Part shown: positions 51,756-61,180 of the stretch, piece by piece
Layout of the letters: each line of letters begins with the position of its first letter
Position numbering within the stretch: position 1 is the first letter of the stretch
Source: Cyanobacteria bacterium P01_F01_bin.150
GTDB taxonomy: Bacteria; Cyanobacteriota; Cyanobacteriia; CAKZMO01
Direction: 5' to 3'
Length of the DNA: 64,000 nt
Assembly: GCA_039189765.1 (NCBI GenBank)
Contig: JBCCYL010000012.1
Span: 1 to 64,000, forward strand
The notes under the pieces: model-generated
The model's database searches: none
What the model was told of the DNA's origin: nothing
What the model saw: the letters and a program-made list of their open reading frames with translations, nothing else
Made by a program: the position numbers and the translations under genes

Positions 51756-51998
51756 GTGGTAAGCAGCAGGGCTAATTTAGTCAGACTTTTACAGAGCACA
51801 AATGGGAACGTTCATTTACTAGCGATTGCCGCTGGTTTTTTGTTCTTTTTCCCAACCGTCACACAGGTGTTAGACCGACCGGATCTGTCTGTTTGGGAAA
51901 GAACCGAAATGCTGTCTATTGCTGTTGGAGAATTGCTTTTTACATTAGGGGCCGCGTCTGCATCCCCTGAAACATTCCTTGACGAGGATGATGATTAG
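51756..51998 (+). CDS. Putative holin (two membrane helices)
   Basis: Two hydrophobic helices and an acidic tail; lies between endolysins. Confidence 0.4.
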   Translation: MVSSRANLVRLLQSTNGNVHLLAIAAGFLFFFPTVTQVLDRPDLSVWERTEMLSIAVGELLFTLGAASASPETFLDEDDD

Positions 51999-52103
51999 CA
52001 TGTTTGCAGTATGGGTGATTGCCTTGCTTGTTCCCTTGGTGTGCATCTCAATTTATCAGGCCGTGAAGACAATCGACGCAACCGACGACTTTGATAAGAG
52101 GCA

Positions 52104-52745
52104 ATGAGCACTTACCCAAACAGGAATGATGTTACATATTCATGGGTCAGGCGATCTCTGGATGGAGCGAATGATGTCCCAAAAGAGGAGCTGAAGCTTT
52201 ACCTGTGTGAACGCAATACAAAGCACATTGTCGGATATCGATACAGAGCTGACAATCGAGACAAATTTGTTTGCACAATGGCCTATGAAAAATTCAAACA
52301 GTCTAACCATCATCTTGAATTTCGCCCCGTAACAGAGCGCCGTGGTTCGCTTGCTGTGGATATGTGGCGAGGCAAAGAGGCCGGATGGCAGTACGTTGGG
52401 ACCGGAATGTACAGCGCCTATTATCGTTTCCCTGGGGTGGCCAAACCTTATTGGAGGAACGACCCAAAAGAGCTGGTGATGGATGAAAAATACTTAGTGA
52501 ATGCTCCCAGCCTATCTGCATTCACTTCAAGCGGGGTGAAAGGTGAATATAGCGCGGTATGGCCAGGGATTTATCTGGGTCAGCCATACCGCAATAATCG
52601 CAACGAACTGAATTGGGCAATTCTCAGGCACCCAGGCTTGTTCTATCGTTCCACTGGGGAATTGGCAGCAAAAGCTGAATGGGCCAATGTAATGAGTCTG
52701 TCTGTTGATTGGTGGATGCCGTTACCGAAGCTAGGGAGGGATTGA
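52104..52745 (+). CDS. Hypothetical protein
   Basis: 213-aa ORF with ribosome-binding site. Confidence 0.55.
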   Translation: MSTYPNRNDVTYSWVRRSLDGANDVPKEELKLYLCERNTKHIVGYRYRADNRDKFVCTMAYEKFKQSNHHLEFRPVTERRGSLAVDMWRGKEAGWQYVGTGMYSAYYRFPGVAKPYWRNDPKELVMDEKYLVNAPSLSAFTSSGVKGEYSAVWPGIYLGQPYRNNRNELNWAILRHPGLFYRSTGELAAKAEWANVMSLSVDWWMPLPKLGRD

Positions 52746-52746
52746 A

Positions 52747-53448
52747 GTGAGAGTTACTGCACTTGTTGATACGTATTTGAAAAAAGATCAGTCGAAACAG
52801 GCTTTTGAGCTGCCTGACAACGAAAAAGTTTTTGTTGAGGCTGGGCGAGTCTATACGGTGGACCCGCTGGAGTTTGAAAACGACGATCACACTAATCCAT
52901 TAGCATATGGCCACGCCAAAATTGACATAAGTTATGGAGCGGGGGAGTGGTGGATATTCCTAGATCATTGGCGATATGAGCATGAGCAATCAGTAGTAGA
53001 AGTCCCAACTGTGTTGCCAGAATGGGACACCGTTGACTGGAATAATTTTGCAGCTCCAGTGTCAAAATACTTCACGGTAGGCGAAGTGATGAACATGTCC
53101 AAAGCTCGCATGCCTAAGGCGATTGAAGTAAAGCGCAATATCATCAAAATCGCCCGTGCTGTTGATCAAGTGAGAGAAGAATGGGGAGGACCTCTAGGCG
53201 TTACATCATTTTATCGTCCGTGGCATATTAACCGGAGAATTGGGTCGAGGTCGAGCAACCATCCAAGGGGTACTGCCATGGATATTCGATGCTTGCGAGG
53301 GAACACAAAGGGGTTGGAGCGAATGGTAGAGAATGACTTTTACAACGCTGGCCGCTGGGATGGCGGGGTCGGTCGAGGCGCTAGCTATAGAGGGTTTGTC
53401 CACCTTGACTTAAACGACGAGTACGGAAAACGCATCTGGAATTACTAG
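52747..53448 (+). CDS. M15A metallopeptidase (endolysin)
   Basis: TSFYRP..N..IG...NH..G.AMDI...FVHLD. Confidence 0.88.
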   Translation: MRVTALVDTYLKKDQSKQAFELPDNEKVFVEAGRVYTVDPLEFENDDHTNPLAYGHAKIDISYGAGEWWIFLDHWRYEHEQSVVEVPTVLPEWDTVDWNNFAAPVSKYFTVGEVMNMSKARMPKAIEVKRNIIKIARAVDQVREEWGGPLGVTSFYRPWHINRRIGSRSSNHPRGTAMDIRCLRGNTKGLERMVENDFYNAGRWDGGVGRGASYRGFVHLDLNDEYGKRIWNY

Positions 53449-53459
53449 GAGCCATTGCC

Positions 53460-53864
53460 ATGACAACACCCGCACATTACAAGAGCGCATCCGAAAAAGG
53501 GCGTCCCTATTTGCAGCTTCTTCTAGGAGAGGCGATCACCAACAAGCGTGGATTCTTTGATGGCGACCTATTCACAGCCATTGATAGGCATGCTCCGTAC
53601 CTCGATAACGACGCCAATGATTTTAACGCAGCTCGCTACTTTTGGAGGCTTGGTCAGAAAATAGAGCAGCAGCCCAATGAACCGATCCATATAGCAGCAG
53701 AACGGGCAGAACGGCAAGACCTGAGCAAAGCCCAACAGTATTTGCAACGGTCACTCAAGTTTCGCAACAGCCCGTGGTACCCAATCGCGCGGTTGTTTGT
53801 GCGGAAGGTGGCGAAACGACGCATAGAGCGGGTGTTGGCTGCTATTGAGGAGAGATTGGGCTAG
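53460..53864 (+). CDS. DUF3310-like phage protein
   Basis: PAHY, NAARYFWR.GQK, DLSKAQQYL. Confidence 0.55.
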   Translation: MTTPAHYKSASEKGRPYLQLLLGEAITNKRGFFDGDLFTAIDRHAPYLDNDANDFNAARYFWRLGQKIEQQPNEPIHIAAERAERQDLSKAQQYLQRSLKFRNSPWYPIARLFVRKVAKRRIERVLAAIEERLG

Positions 53865-54091
53865 CTAGTTCCCAGTGATACTCCTCTCCTCTATCTGTCA
53901 ATATCGTTGTGTTGTCGTAAATCCAGCCCGAGATAAATCCGTTCCAGTGGCCTCTTGGGCCTGATACGTGACTGACAAAGCAGTAGTTATTGATCGGATC
54001 TCCATAACGGCCTTCTAAGTCGCCTGAGTAGTGATGGATAATGCGTACTATGCTGCCATACTGGATATAGTCTCCTGGTTTGAATCGGCGT

Positions 54092-54385
54092 TTAGCTTTC
54101 TTTTTTTTTGACATTGATTTTTCCGTTCGCATCAACAGTCATGATCCCGCCATACTTCATCACGAACCCGATGTTTTGCAACAGCAGTCCGATTGCCCGA
54201 GATGCGTTAGGCTTGCCTCGCATCTCTAGCTCTAACCTTTTAGCTAAAGCGATCGCCGCATCCCACTCTCCAGGGGATAGTGAGAGATTCCGGGGCTTTC
54301 GCCTTTGTTCGACTGGAAGCGGTTGGCGGGGTTGAGGTTGAAGATTGGCAAGAGACTTAGGATGTTGTTCTGCCTTCTTACTCAT
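54092..54385 (-). CDS. Ribbon-helix-helix-like regulator in cassette 1
   Basis: RKPRNLSLSPGEW...LAKRL...NASRAI. Confidence 0.55.
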   Translation of the reverse strand: MSKKAEQHPKSLANLQPQPRQPLPVEQRRKPRNLSLSPGEWDAAIALAKRLELEMRGKPNASRAIGLLLQNIGFVMKYGGIMTVDANGKINVKKKES

Positions 54386-54652
54386 AAAGGTTGCGTCCTT
54401 CCTCTTCCGTCAACATCCGATATGTTTCTGACGTAGGAAATGTACGCCCCATGACTAAATCAAACTCTTTATATCCATAAGTTATCTCAAACAACTGAGT
54501 AGCATAAAAAAATATGCCATTTAATAATTGCGTTTTTTGCTCCCAGGTTTCATCCCCACTGAGGAAATGGAGAAATACCTGATGAATGTCAGTCAACTTA
54601 TCTCCGCTATTACACTTACTTAATTGCTCCAAGACTTCGCATCCTTTAATCA

Positions 54653-55078
54653 TTATTCAAACTCCCTGCGATTATCGATCCACCAAGACGCATCTTTGTT
54701 CGAAAGTATTTCAATTGCGTTGTTTTCTGACACAGAGCCATTGACAATTTGCCTCGACAAGGAACGGCAAGCCGAAGCGAAAATATATGATGCCCATCGC
54801 TTTTGCTTTTGACTGCCCTCTGAGATGCATTCATACATTGAAAGCTGAGCTTCTAGATCTTCTGCACGTTCAGCGTCACTATCATCACAACCCATCAAAT
54901 ATTCAGCCAATAATTCATCTTCTATGCTTTCTACGCTTACCGCCTTTTTGCTTACAAAACGAGGACGACGCCCAACTATAACAACGCACCACACCCAGTG
55001 AAGCTCGGTCACTTTAGCCACTTGATTGGGGCTGACTTCGAGATATTGAGCGATGGATGAGATTAGTGCGGTGTTCAT
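54653..55078 (-). CDS. 'RFVSKK' N-terminal-domain protein 1
   Basis: IAQYLEV...VWCVVIVGRRPRFVSKK; GAGGAG ribosome-binding site. Confidence 0.7.
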   Translation of the reverse strand: MNTALISSIAQYLEVSPNQVAKVTELHWVWCVVIVGRRPRFVSKKAVSVESIEDELLAEYLMGCDDSDAERAEDLEAQLSMYECISEGSQKQKRWASYIFASACRSLSRQIVNGSVSENNAIEILSNKDASWWIDNRREFE

Positions 55079-55095
55079 GGCGTTCTCCTCTGTCT

Positions 55096-55134
55096 ACATC
55101 TCTAATTGTATGCGCATACAATTAGAGATGTCAA
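55096..55134 (-). promoter_or_regulatory. Promoter embedded in a perfect 36-bp palindrome
   Basis: ACATCTCTAATTGTATGC|GCATACAATTAGAGATGT (55096-55131); minus strand TTGACA-N18-TACAAT. Confidence 0.8.
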
Positions 55135-55147
55135 AGAGTTTCTGAAA

Positions 55148-55714
55148 TTAATTTTTCGCCACTTGCCGAGAGCCTCTAATCTCAAGATCCCAATCAATAT
55201 CGCGTTCCCGGCTATTCCAATAGGGCAGCAGTAGAGCAAGATCATCCAGTGCTGCGATCGCCCATCTGTGGAAATTGGCATTGTGCCGTGAACGGAAATT
55301 GAAGTATCCGCTAAACAGCTCTTCTGATTCGAAAGCGCCATTGCGATCACACCAGTGAGAGGTCTTTAATATGGTTACTCGGTGTGTGTTGGCCATTGAG
55401 CGTTGTATCGTGAAGCTGCTACCGTTTGGTTCATTGCGTTCGTTGGGCAGTTTTTCTAGCGTGTCTAGATAGAGGTGGATGTCGTACTGCTTTGCCCGTG
55501 GGGTGTCGCCTCTATGGGGCATGTAGATCCATGTTCGTATCGCGCGGCGGCTTTTTCTCTCTACTAAGGCCACCTGCCCATTAATCGGCTTGCCTTTGAT
55601 TCGAGTAATTCGTTTTAGAATTTTTGGCTGGAAGGAGAGGCTTCGTTGTCCCCTTCTATAAAAGTTTTGACGAATCCATTCGTGTATCGCTGTCAGGATT
55701 CTGTCTATTAGCAT
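55148..55714 (-). CDS. Hypothetical basic protein
   Basis: 188-aa ATG ORF. Confidence 0.5.
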   Translation of the reverse strand: MLIDRILTAIHEWIRQNFYRRGQRSLSFQPKILKRITRIKGKPINGQVALVERKSRRAIRTWIYMPHRGDTPRAKQYDIHLYLDTLEKLPNERNEPNGSSFTIQRSMANTHRVTILKTSHWCDRNGAFESEELFSGYFNFRSRHNANFHRWAIAALDDLALLLPYWNSRERDIDWDLEIRGSRQVAKN

Positions 55715-56235
55715 CTGCTGCTATCCGCTGGCTTATTTTCTTCCATTTGCGCTTATTGTCAGGGTGCAACTCATGCCGTACCCAGTCCCACAGTTCCGCT
55801 ATTTTGAGTGCCACACGCAAGAGGGTGATCATGGCTGCTCCAGAAAAGAAATGATCTGCCTGCGCCCAGTTCCTCTGATGTGACGAGGGTGAGCGCAGTA
55901 GCAGATCAGAGAGAGGCATGCGACGGCGGAGACAACACGAAAGAGCATGGGAACGGGGAAAGCGATATGGTGACTATTCCCTGACTTCTGTCGCTTCTAT
56001 TTCGATTAGAGTATCATCTATCCCCATAGGCAAGCATTTTTTGGCTATTTGTTCAGCGATAGAGTCATACTGATCTGCTGAACAAACTTTGTATTTCCCA
56101 TCTCGCGGGTCTGTATATCCGTAATGATTCAGGTCAAGGGCTTGTTCCCCGACTGTTCTAATAGGCGTAAATTTTATGCCCCCATACGTTATCTTGTCAG
56201 AAACAATGTTCAATTCCCATTCCATAATATTTTCC

Positions 56236-56700
56236 TTAATTTAGTGTTTTCGCCCATTCTTCAACAGCGCTTGCTCCCCCCGCTTTTTTGATAGCGGCGA
56301 TCGCCTTTTTGCTAAGTGTTAACTCATAACGACTCTTTTCTGAGCTTGGCTTGCGCCCTCCATTACGGCCTACTTCGTACTGGTAGGTAATTGCTAGGTC
56401 GAAATCCCAGAGAAAATCGCAGATGTCCGCATGCACCTGCTCAAGCTCACTAACTGCTCCATGAACCACTCCATTGGGCGACACTTGAGCTGTAGAGGTA
56501 ATCCGAAACCAGTTACAGGCGTCGGCAGATGTACCCCGATTAGACCGTCGTCCTACGAACCATTGCGCGGCTTCTTTTGGGGGAGTGACGATCGTTTTGA
56601 TGTTGCCAGTGTGACGGGGGCGATCGCTTCCGATGGGTGCCCAGCCCACTAGGGACTGGGCAGAGATTTTGGTGACTTTAGTTGGCATTATGCATACCAC
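56236..56700 (-). CDS. Hypothetical protein with RHH-like C-terminus (cassette 2)
   Basis: GGRKP...RYELTLSKKAIAAIKKAGGASAVEEWA. Confidence 0.5.
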   Translation of the reverse strand: MVCIMPTKVTKISAQSLVGWAPIGSDRPRHTGNIKTIVTPPKEAAQWFVGRRSNRGTSADACNWFRITSTAQVSPNGVVHGAVSELEQVHADICDFLWDFDLAITYQYEVGRNGGRKPSSEKSRYELTLSKKAIAAIKKAGGASAVEEWAKTLN

Positions 56701-57221
56701 TCCCGAGTTATGTGGACTCCTGGCTCATGCTGACCTTCAGGCGCGATAATCCCGTCTTCATCTTCTTGCATCAACACCTTACCTTTTAGCGAAGTAATTT
56801 TTAACGAGGCTCCCATCTCAGTCAGAATAGGAACAATTAACTCGTTAACCTTGTATTTTTTAGGCACTGAAGTAAACCCAAATTTCCCTTTAATGCCTTT
56901 CATGATTAGAGGGGTATCAATCCTAGTAAAATATATCCTTAGCTCACCTTCCTTTTTGTCCCACAATCGAGCCTTAACAAATCCACCCGCCATTGAGTTC
57001 CACTCAGTTCCTTGGCTGGAGTTCCATTTAGATATAAAACGAGACAAAAAATCTTTACCGCTAACTTCTTCTTTCACGACCTTTTTACTCACGAACCGAG
57101 TGCCAAGCCCCTTCACGATTACCAGCAAAACCCGACCACCAGTCCATGTCCAGAAATCACGAATTTCTTTGATTGCGCTCTCTACAACATTTAGGTGACG
57201 GGCGATTGCTGTGGTATTCAC
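56688..57221 (-). CDS. 'RFVSKK' N-terminal-domain protein 2
   Basis: IARHLNV...VLLVIVKGLGTRFVSKK. Confidence 0.7.
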   Translation of the reverse strand: MNTTAIARHLNVVESAIKEIRDFWTWTGGRVLLVIVKGLGTRFVSKKVVKEEVSGKDFLSRFISKWNSSQGTEWNSMAGGFVKARLWDKKEGELRIYFTRIDTPLIMKGIKGKFGFTSVPKKYKVNELIVPILTEMGASLKITSLKGKVLMQEDEDGIIAPEGQHEPGVHITREWYA

Positions 57222-57235
57222 TGACCTGGCCTTGT

Positions 57236-57282
57236 TGACTTGCACTTAGATTATGGCACGACAAGAATCTAAGTGCAAGTCA
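57236..57282 (-). promoter_or_regulatory. Promoter bracketed by a 17-bp perfect inverted repeat
   Basis: TGACTTGCACTTAGATT-N13-AATCTAAGTGCAAGTCA; minus strand TTGCAC-N17-CATAAT. Confidence 0.8.
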
Positions 57283-57306
57283 GGGCGATGAAGCTGATGT
57301 GAAGAA

Positions 57307-57741
57307 TCAGGTCAGCTTTGTGAAGCGTGGTTTGCCGTTGCGATCGCTCATAAAGTTTTCGAGTGGCCTGCCATAAATGCCTTTCATTTGCCGGGGATGA
57401 ATGCCGTGTTGAGGATAAACAGACTGATAGACTACGAGTGGTGATGGATAAGGATCAGAACTGAGGTCTTTTATTGCCGTACAAACGTCTCCATTCTGAT
57501 AGATGGACAGATCTTCACCTGTCTCCGTGTGAATGGCCACGCCAATAAAATGCAGGTCGTCTAGTGTAGAGAGACTTGGGTCTGTGATGCCTAGAATCGA
57601 ATAAATGTGCAGTGCTTTCGGTGGATCGTGTTTCTGATGCTGCTAGATCTCGTATCGCTTTGGTGGCTGAATGAGTGGGGTTGAGTTTTTTGAATCGGTT
57701 TGGTGAATGATCCTGTTGTGACCAATGAACGGTTTACTCAT
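57307..57741 (-). pseudogene. DUF1653-like gene with an in-frame nonsense codon
   Basis: ATG 57741 ...RYEI*QHQK...AIHTETGE...VVYQSVY...RPLENF; TAG at 57645-57643. Confidence 0.6.
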
Positions 57742-57780
57742 GGGAATGGGTTTGAAATAACGACACTTCTATTATGCCTA

Positions 57781-59484
57781 ATGCCCAGCCTGCCAAGCGA
57801 TCCACAAAAATTAGCTCAGCAGATTAGGGATGCTATTCTCTCGCAGCCATTCGAGGCACGAGTAACCCAGGGGGCAGCAGTCGAAGGCTTCGCAACACTA
57901 ATGCCGACCGATCCGATAGTGGCAGGGCTATTTCCCAGTGGCGTAAGGGCACGGGTAAAGTTGGGCGATCTGCTGAGTGGCACGGCGACGGTGCAGCGTG
58001 TGGGAACCGAATATATTGCGTTTGGTCAACCTGCGCAGTTGGTGAGTCAGCGTGTTGAGGCTGGGTTTAAGTCGGCGGTTGAGGTGCCTGTTACTGTGCC
58101 TGAAGAGAAAGAGTTTTCGCCGATTAAGTTTTTATATATTGACAGCAATGAGCTGTTTGTGTTCGACGGCGAAGAGTACCGCAGCCTGGGCACCCCGTTT
58201 GGATTTGAGGGAGCGATCGCTAATACTGGTTCTGCCACTACTGCGTGGAACGGGTGGGTGGAAACTTCCGGCAGCGCAAGGCCATATATTGAGGGAGTAG
58301 CACAGACAGATCAAAGTATTGATGCACAAGCGGATTTGTTAGCAATTGGCCAAGGGTGGGGGCTGTCTTTTCCGTTCGGTTCATCCTCTGCTGATGGAGT
58401 CACTGGGGATGTCACTCAGGATGTTTCGCAGATATCGTTGTCAAATGCGATCGCCACGCAGATTGATGGAACTGTGGTCACTGAGGAGTTAGGGTCTGGT
58501 TATCCTAACTGGTCACAAAGTACTAGCCACTTTACTGATGAGTCGGCGCAAGAAGCGTTCTCAATGGCGGCTAATAATAATTCCGCTCGTGATGATTTTC
58601 AAAACAACGGACCGTTTGAAACGGACCGCCCTTATTGTCCGCGTGGGGCTGGCGGTGTGAAAATTCATATAATGATTCCTCTTACGAAAAATAATAACCT
58701 TACTCCTAGTCAGCCAAAAGAAGATGACTGGACAAAAGGCCTGAACAGTTTTAATCTGCCAGCACTAACGCCATTCTTGTCTCACACTGTTAGTTTTTTG
58801 GGAAGCAATGGCACCATATATAACTCTTGGGAAAACTGGCAGGTTGACGGATTGGTTAGGCTTAGCGCAACAAGTGGCAATCCGGCCAACCCAGACAACT
58901 CAGTTAACAGCAGCAACCTTTTACCCTGTGGGTTTGACAGGTCTGAATGGGGTCAGGCGGGTAGCTCGTTTTCTGAGGTCCGACTTTATACTCGAACTTA
59001 CGTGTTTGGGGTCGAGGATTTTGGAGGCCCTTTTGACGGGCAATTTGGCCAAACCTACCAATCATTTGAACCCTGTACCTCAGAGGGCTGCGTTAACAGT
59101 TTTCTCAATAACTTTTTGGCTGTAGAAGTTCGCAATGGACCGTTGGACGATGTTTACTCTGTCGTTGAGTTTGACGGAGAATTTATAGAGGGCACTGGCA
59201 TCAATTTTTGTGGCTCTAACTTTCAGTGTCCAGTTGACTGGAATGGACCGCCTCCGCCTCCACCACTCGACAATCTACCCAATTTTTATTGGGAGCAAAT
59301 ACTCCTCAGGTCATTTGAGGGCGCATTGATTCACGCTGAAGTGGCTACTCGTATTGAATTTTTGCCTGAGGAAGAGGACGAGGATTATATCTACATCTTT
59401 GACGTGAAATTTTATCTTGGTAGCACTCAGTTTAAGAACACAGCTCCTGTCGTCTATATTCCGCCATCAGGGGGGATATCGTGA
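57781..59484 (+). CDS. Large acidic hypothetical protein, possibly virion-associated
   Basis: Long ORF rich in G/S/N/D next to tail-like genes; start placed at ATG 57781. Confidence 0.5.
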   Translation: MPSLPSDPQKLAQQIRDAILSQPFEARVTQGAAVEGFATLMPTDPIVAGLFPSGVRARVKLGDLLSGTATVQRVGTEYIAFGQPAQLVSQRVEAGFKSAVEVPVTVPEEKEFSPIKFLYIDSNELFVFDGEEYRSLGTPFGFEGAIANTGSATTAWNGWVETSGSARPYIEGVAQTDQSIDAQADLLAIGQGWGLSFPFGSSSADGVTGDVTQDVSQISLSNAIATQIDGTVVTEELGSGYPNWSQSTSHFTDESAQEAFSMAANNNSARDDFQNNGPFETDRPYCPRGAGGVKIHIMIPLTKNNNLTPSQPKEDDWTKGLNSFNLPALTPFLSHTVSFLGSNGTIYNSWENWQVDGLVRLSATSGNPANPDNSVNSSNLLPCGFDRSEWGQAGSSFSEVRLYTRTYVFGVEDFGGPFDGQFGQTYQSFEPCTSEGCVNSFLNNFLAVEVRNGPLDDVYSVVEFDGEFIEGTGINFCGSNFQCPVDWNGPPPPPPLDNLPNFYWEQILLRSFEGALIHAEVATRIEFLPEEEDEDYIYIFDVKFYLGSTQFKNTAPVVYIPPSGGIS

Positions 59485-60182
59485 CTCTAACAGTTGGGCA
59501 GCAATTTACTTTTAGTAAGCAGCTATTCGCTCCTACTGGCTTTACAAAGGAGGGATTCGAGGCGGATCATTCCCAAGGCGAGTATCCTGAGATTTCAACA
59601 GGAGATATTTTAGCAAGCGCTTCAACCCTGAAGAGGCGATCGCCCAATGCAAATGCTTTTTCCTTAAATGCTCGATACACAGGCACTACTCCTAGCCAGT
59701 TGTGGGGGCATGTGGTGATGGGTACTCCAGCGATTGCTTTTGACAACATCTCTAAGCAACGTGGAGATGGAGCGGTGACGAGTGCTACCCCTAACGCATT
59801 GATAACTGACCCGTTGACAGGCGCTACGACAGCACAGATCGCCATCACAATTACAATCAATTCTGTTATTGACGCTGCCTGGAATTCAGTCCATCACGTT
59901 TATGGCGGTAATCAGATTGTCTACTTAAATACTGGGTCGATCAGTCAGTTCAGTCATGTATTCCGAGGGGGGCTGGGCAAGAACATTACCTATCGGGGTA
60001 ACGATATTTTTATTGCTGCCAACCCAGAAGTGGGCGATACAGAGACTTATGTGGAACGATGGGAGATCTCTATGGATGGTGGACTAGCTTGCATCACGCA
60101 ACAGGAGGGGCGGTTAATTGCTATCCCTGAATTTACAGCTTTATCTCCTAACGTCCTCAGTACTAGTTATTTTCAGGTTTAG
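59481..60182 (+). CDS. Hypothetical beta-rich protein, possibly virion-associated
   Basis: GTGA overlap with the upstream gene. Confidence 0.5.
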   Translation: MTLTVGQQFTFSKQLFAPTGFTKEGFEADHSQGEYPEISTGDILASASTLKRRSPNANAFSLNARYTGTTPSQLWGHVVMGTPAIAFDNISKQRGDGAVTSATPNALITDPLTGATTAQIAITITINSVIDAAWNSVHHVYGGNQIVYLNTGSISQFSHVFRGGLGKNITYRGNDIFIAANPEVGDTETYVERWEISMDGGLACITQQEGRLIAIPEFTALSPNVLSTSYFQV

Positions 60183-61180
60183 AGCGCGTATCTAGCAATC
60201 AATGTGTTTTCTGCTGATTGGCGATCGCTTGTGCTTAATTCAGTTGGCCAGACTAAGAAGTCTGTCACGTCAGCACTTGGGCTGCCTGTGCCGTCCATAA
60301 AGGTAAAGACATTCTCCCAGGAGAATGCACTGCCTAAGAAGCTGGCAGTGTGCCATGATTGGCCGTTTTGGAAAAACGCAACCCCTGCACTGTTGATAAC
60401 AATGCTTATTACAGAGAGTGTAGCATTTTGATCATTAATGGCTGTCTCAGGAGGTGCTGGCGTATTTATCTGCCCCCCAGTGAACCCTGTCAAGTACACG
60501 CGATTGTTGGTCCCATCCATCACGATTTCTTTTGCAGCAGAGTCGCCATTCATCATAAACAATGCTCCCTCAAGGCATGCCCCAACAAATATAATAGTCC
60601 AGTCCGTGGAGGAAGTCGTTGTGATTGGTCTTCCCCCGCTGGTTAGATTCCCATCAAAATAGAAACCGTCCAATCCGTTGAATGCTGCATCAGACAACGT
60701 TGGAATTGAACCACTGTAAGTTAGATTATTGCTGCTAGAGCTTTGGTCTAAGATCTCTGTAATTACGCCTGCAACCCCAGTGGTCGTCACTCCAGCCTCT
60801 GCCGATATCCAAAATTCAGGAGTGCCAGGAATCGCGTACGGGCCTGAGCTTCCTGCGGATTCTGCTACCGATGGTGTCCAGACTAAATTTCCTTCCGTAG
60901 ACAATGCATAGTAAAGCTTTGGTGGGTCTTCCGCCGTGTCTACAATTTGCTGCATCTCGAAAAAGGGAGTGATATTTCCCCGTGGATCTCCCGTTGTATT
61001 CGTTGGTTGTGACGCCACTACGACCCAATCAGTAATAGCACCGGTGCCTGTAGCGATCAATACCGCTTTGCCGTTTGTGTTATTGAGCACATACGCTAAA
61101 TTGACAGCCGTAGGGGCTGCTGTAGGCATTGCTGATTGCACGTTCAGAGCTGTGCTAGTTAACGTATTATGCTCAACCAT
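60179..61180 (-). CDS. Tail-fibre-like protein with a LamG/ConA-like C-terminal domain
   Basis: FWISA..G...DQS..N...FNG...FDG...ELS..DRQ..E.TL..RY. Confidence 0.65.
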   Translation of the reverse strand: MVEHNTLTSTALNVQSAMPTAAPTAVNLAYVLNNTNGKAVLIATGTGAITDWVVVASQPTNTTGDPRGNITPFFEMQQIVDTAEDPPKLYYALSTEGNLVWTPSVAESAGSSGPYAIPGTPEFWISAEAGVTTTGVAGVITEILDQSSSSNNLTYSGSIPTLSDAAFNGLDGFYFDGNLTSGGRPITTTSSTDWTIIFVGACLEGALFMMNGDSAAKEIVMDGTNNRVYLTGFTGGQINTPAPPETAINDQNATLSVISIVINSAGVAFFQNGQSWHTASFLGSAFSWENVFTFMDGTGSPSADVTDFLVWPTELSTSDRQSAENTLIARYAL

